Under the pieces are notes generated by a model. That model was given only the letters and a program-made list of their open reading frames with translations. It was not told the origin of the DNA and did no database searches. From the NCBI GenBank assembly GCA_037447605.1, contig CM074808.1, positions 1,550,001 through 1,614,000 on the forward strand: a stretch of 64,000 bases of DNA, written 5' to 3'. Positions 62,301-64,000 of this stretch are shown in pieces; the first letter of the stretch is position 1; every line of letters starts with the position of its first letter. The position numbers and the translations under genes are program-made. Source of the DNA: Zygnema circumcarinatum SAG 698-1b. Lineage: Eukaryota > Plantae > Zygnematophyceae.

Positions 62301-63794
62301 AAGATAAAGCAACTCGCGCTGCATGAAGTGACACTTCTTCCTCTTGGCATAAAATTGGTGTTTCCTCAGGGTCTCAAACACTTTCCGAACGTGTTCAAGA
62401 TGTTCCTNNNNNNNNNNAAGATGGGCGCCCCAAAGGGGCTTTGACTGGGTTCTATCCAGCCCTTTTCACGTAAAGTTGCCAACTGCTTTCGCATCTCTTC
62501 GGTTTCTTTCGGGCTTAACCGATAGATCGGCCGCCAAGGCGGCTTTTGCTCAGGCTCAAGAGGGATTGTGTGCCCCACTCCTCTAGATGGTGGCAACCCT
62601 CTTGGAAGGTCGTCAGGGAAAACATCCCTGAACTCATCCAACAGAGGTTGGATTTTGGGTGGAACGGCCGAGAGCACATCCGTAGATGTGATCTGCCATT
62701 CCTGATCTTCGTCATGAACATCCTCAGTGGCTGCCATGACATGCACCATGAACAAGGTGCAACCTTCCTTAACTGCTTTGGCCAATTGCATAGCTGAGCA
62801 GAGATAAGGAGTGGCAGGCTGCTTGATAGCAGCGGATGTGGCTCTGCCAGGGTGCAGGGTAAGCCGCCTATCACCACTGTGCAGAATGCAATGTGGGACA
62901 GAAAAGTCCATTTGTGCCTTGACCATGGTTAACCAAGCACTCCCCAAAATAACATCAGTACCAGGGGCCAGTTGTGTTAGAAGACACTTGACTGCCCCGG
63001 AGTAGGATTGGAGCTTGATTTTGAGTGTGACGCTACCAGAGATCTGGCCCTTGCGTCCATCCCCGAAAGTAACACTTTCTGAATGGGGATCTGTGGTCAA
63101 CTGAAATCTCCGGGTGAATGCAGAAGTAACAAAGTTAGCATCTGCCCCAGTATCTAGCAGTAGAACTGCTGGGTGACCATTGGCTGATCCGATGAAGGTC
63201 ATGGCACGATGGGCAAGGTGGAACATAGATCGCACTATATGCGAAGGTTGAGGACGAGTCGTCCTCCACACCAATGTGTAGGGTGAGCCAACCAGCAAGC
63301 TGGTGGATCCTTCCATGTCTTGCACCAACGTGTGCCCTTTCCTCAACTGTTTCACCAACCGCCAAGTGGCGTTGGGAAAGATGCGAACTGCCATGTGCTG
63401 AGGAACCAGCACATGCAGCCCAAGGACATGGGAGGTGTTTCCCATGACATGCAAAGCATCCATGGCACATTGCATGAGAACATCATTGCCCATGACATTG
63501 AGGATAAAGACATACCAATCACCATTCATCACTACATCCATAAACCCAGAAGGAGTCACTACAGTGGCAGGGGAAAGAGAAATGGAAGAAGGGAGTACAT
63601 CAAACACAAAGAGATCTTGCACTCCCAAAGGCCTGTCCACCAAGTTAAGAATGTCCAGGGTTCTAAGAAACAAGAGTCTTTTATCCCTGATGGCAGCCCC
63701 ATTCCCTCCCCCTAGCCTAGCATGTCCACCAGCAACGACCCCTAAGCTGCTGGTGGGTTGGGGTTTTCCGGCCCCTTGCCCTTCTTGTCCTTGG
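59393..63794 (-). mobile_element. Ty3/gypsy chromovirus D (protease, RT, integrase, chromodomain, PPT, 3' LTR), decayed
   Basis: LLDTGADANFV protease; RT start and end flanking a gap; HHCC zinc finger ELHDPPYRGHMG...CPTCQR; LWPRFIGPFRV; chromodomain EYEVETIQAHR...EYLVKWLGY. PPT GGGGGGGAGTAA (59871-59860) then LTR start TGTAGC at 59859. The LTR left edge (59393) is tentative. Confidence 0.92.
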
Positions 63795-63804
63795 NNNNNN
63801 NNNN

Positions 63805-64000
63805 CAATAAGCAACATGTGACAGCGCAGCCTATTGCTGTGTGCCACGTGTCCAACCTAGATTCCTCCAGTTCAGACCATCAGAACAGGACCTAGCGCCC
63901 TGTTCCCATTACAACTAGATCACCTAAGGACGACCGACACTACTGAGGATCGTACGGTGTACTTTCTAGGCTTAGATCCCTATCGTACACTACACTTTCC
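63805..64000. mobile_element. LTR-like segment homologous to 56140-56290 (candidate other LTR of the copia element)
   Basis: Shares ATTACAACTAGATCACCTAAGGACGACCG exactly, with moderately diverged flanks. Follows an N gap. Confidence 0.6.

Overview
Eukaryotic nuclear DNA with GT-AG introns, most consistent with a green plant or streptophyte alga; the taxon is inferred from gene content and not proven. Five host genes can be reconstructed. On the minus strand are a 7-blade RCC1 protein with a small-HERC-like linker that runs off the left edge, a 3-TM SemiSWEET/PQ-loop-like protein that the ORF track misses because it is split by an intron, the thylakoid protease DEG1, and the mitochondrial complex I 75 kDa subunit (NDUFS1). 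On the plus strand is a CDPK-superfamily kinase without EF hands (PEPKR-like). The genes are separated by nested transposon islands. A 14.4-kb hAT-bounded nest (17802-32225, 8-bp TSDs read directly) holds a second copy of the same hAT family, three Ty3/gypsy remnants and two TRIM-type mini-retrotransposons. Further right are TA-TSD MITEs, a ~2.2-kb ~30-bp satellite, and a decayed Ty1/copia interrupted by a chromovirus. The most unusual observations are four. (1) A TRIM family has LTRs carrying a tRNA-like A-box/B-box module, a tRNA analogue of the 5S-bearing Cassandra elements. (2) Two gypsy elements share a domain upstream of the protease that resembles a degenerate Dam-like adenine methyltransferase. 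(3) The half-size SemiSWEET-like gene has altered substrate-site residues. (4) Two LTR pairs are near-identical in their 5' part but diverged in their 3' part. Eight 10-N gaps, all inside repeats, limit confidence in long-range element structure.
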